Shown one piece after another: positions 63,829 to 64,000 of a stretch of 64,000 nucleotides of DNA. The first letter of the stretch is position 1. Every line of letters starts with the position of its first letter. Both the position numbers and the translations under genes were made by a program. The notes beneath the pieces were generated by a model, which made no database searches, was not told the DNA's origin, and worked only from the letters and a program-made list of their open reading frames with translations. The stretch covers positions 12,154,001 to 12,218,000 of the forward strand of contig OZ076409.1 of the NCBI GenBank assembly GCA_964187785.1, read 5' to 3'. The stretch comes from Amphiscolops sp. MND2022. Its lineage: Eukaryota.

Positions 63829-64000
63829 GAAATAAAAAGCTAACTTAACTTGGTACTTTTGTTATCACACCGGAAACATGAGAGTAGAAAATAATTATGC
63901 TTCAGTTTTATGGTTTCTTGAGGAAATAGAAGCAGGAACATTTTCGTTCTTTGAAGCAAAAAATCCTTTTAAGACCAAATGCCCCCTCTGATTCTTTTGG

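Overview
AT-rich, transposon-saturated eukaryotic (animal) genomic DNA with a 200-N assembly gap at 34969-35168. The only recognisable host gene is a + strand CaMKII (exons at 32972-33130, 58088-58289 and 60331-60483), and most of the window is probably its intronic space. Mobile elements: (1) the 3' part of a Gypsy element whose Pol ends in AT-hooks and two TARG1-like macrodomains (1-~7950); (2) a decayed CR1/L2-group LINE (~10300-30245), split by (3) a complete 16.3-kb Gypsy element (13541-29889, GTGAC TSD, ~1.63-kb LTRs); (4) an intronless JmjC-dioxygenase ORF; (5) an intact Tc1 DD34E transposon; (6) a decayed 6-kb Gypsy with 206-bp LTRs; plus many MITE-like repeats. The standout is element (3). 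Besides gag/pol it carries a five-exon ANTISENSE gene that splices in frame to a 1115-aa protein resembling a catalytically dead hAT transposase with a BED-like zinc finger. It also has a divergently oriented extra ORF, and arrays of a 16-bp CpG-containing motif phased at 32 bp in both LTRs, in the divergent promoter region and in an intron of that gene. This looks like a self-encoded DNA-binding regulator plus its own binding-site arrays (hypothesis). All domain calls are by-eye motif recognition; no searches were run.
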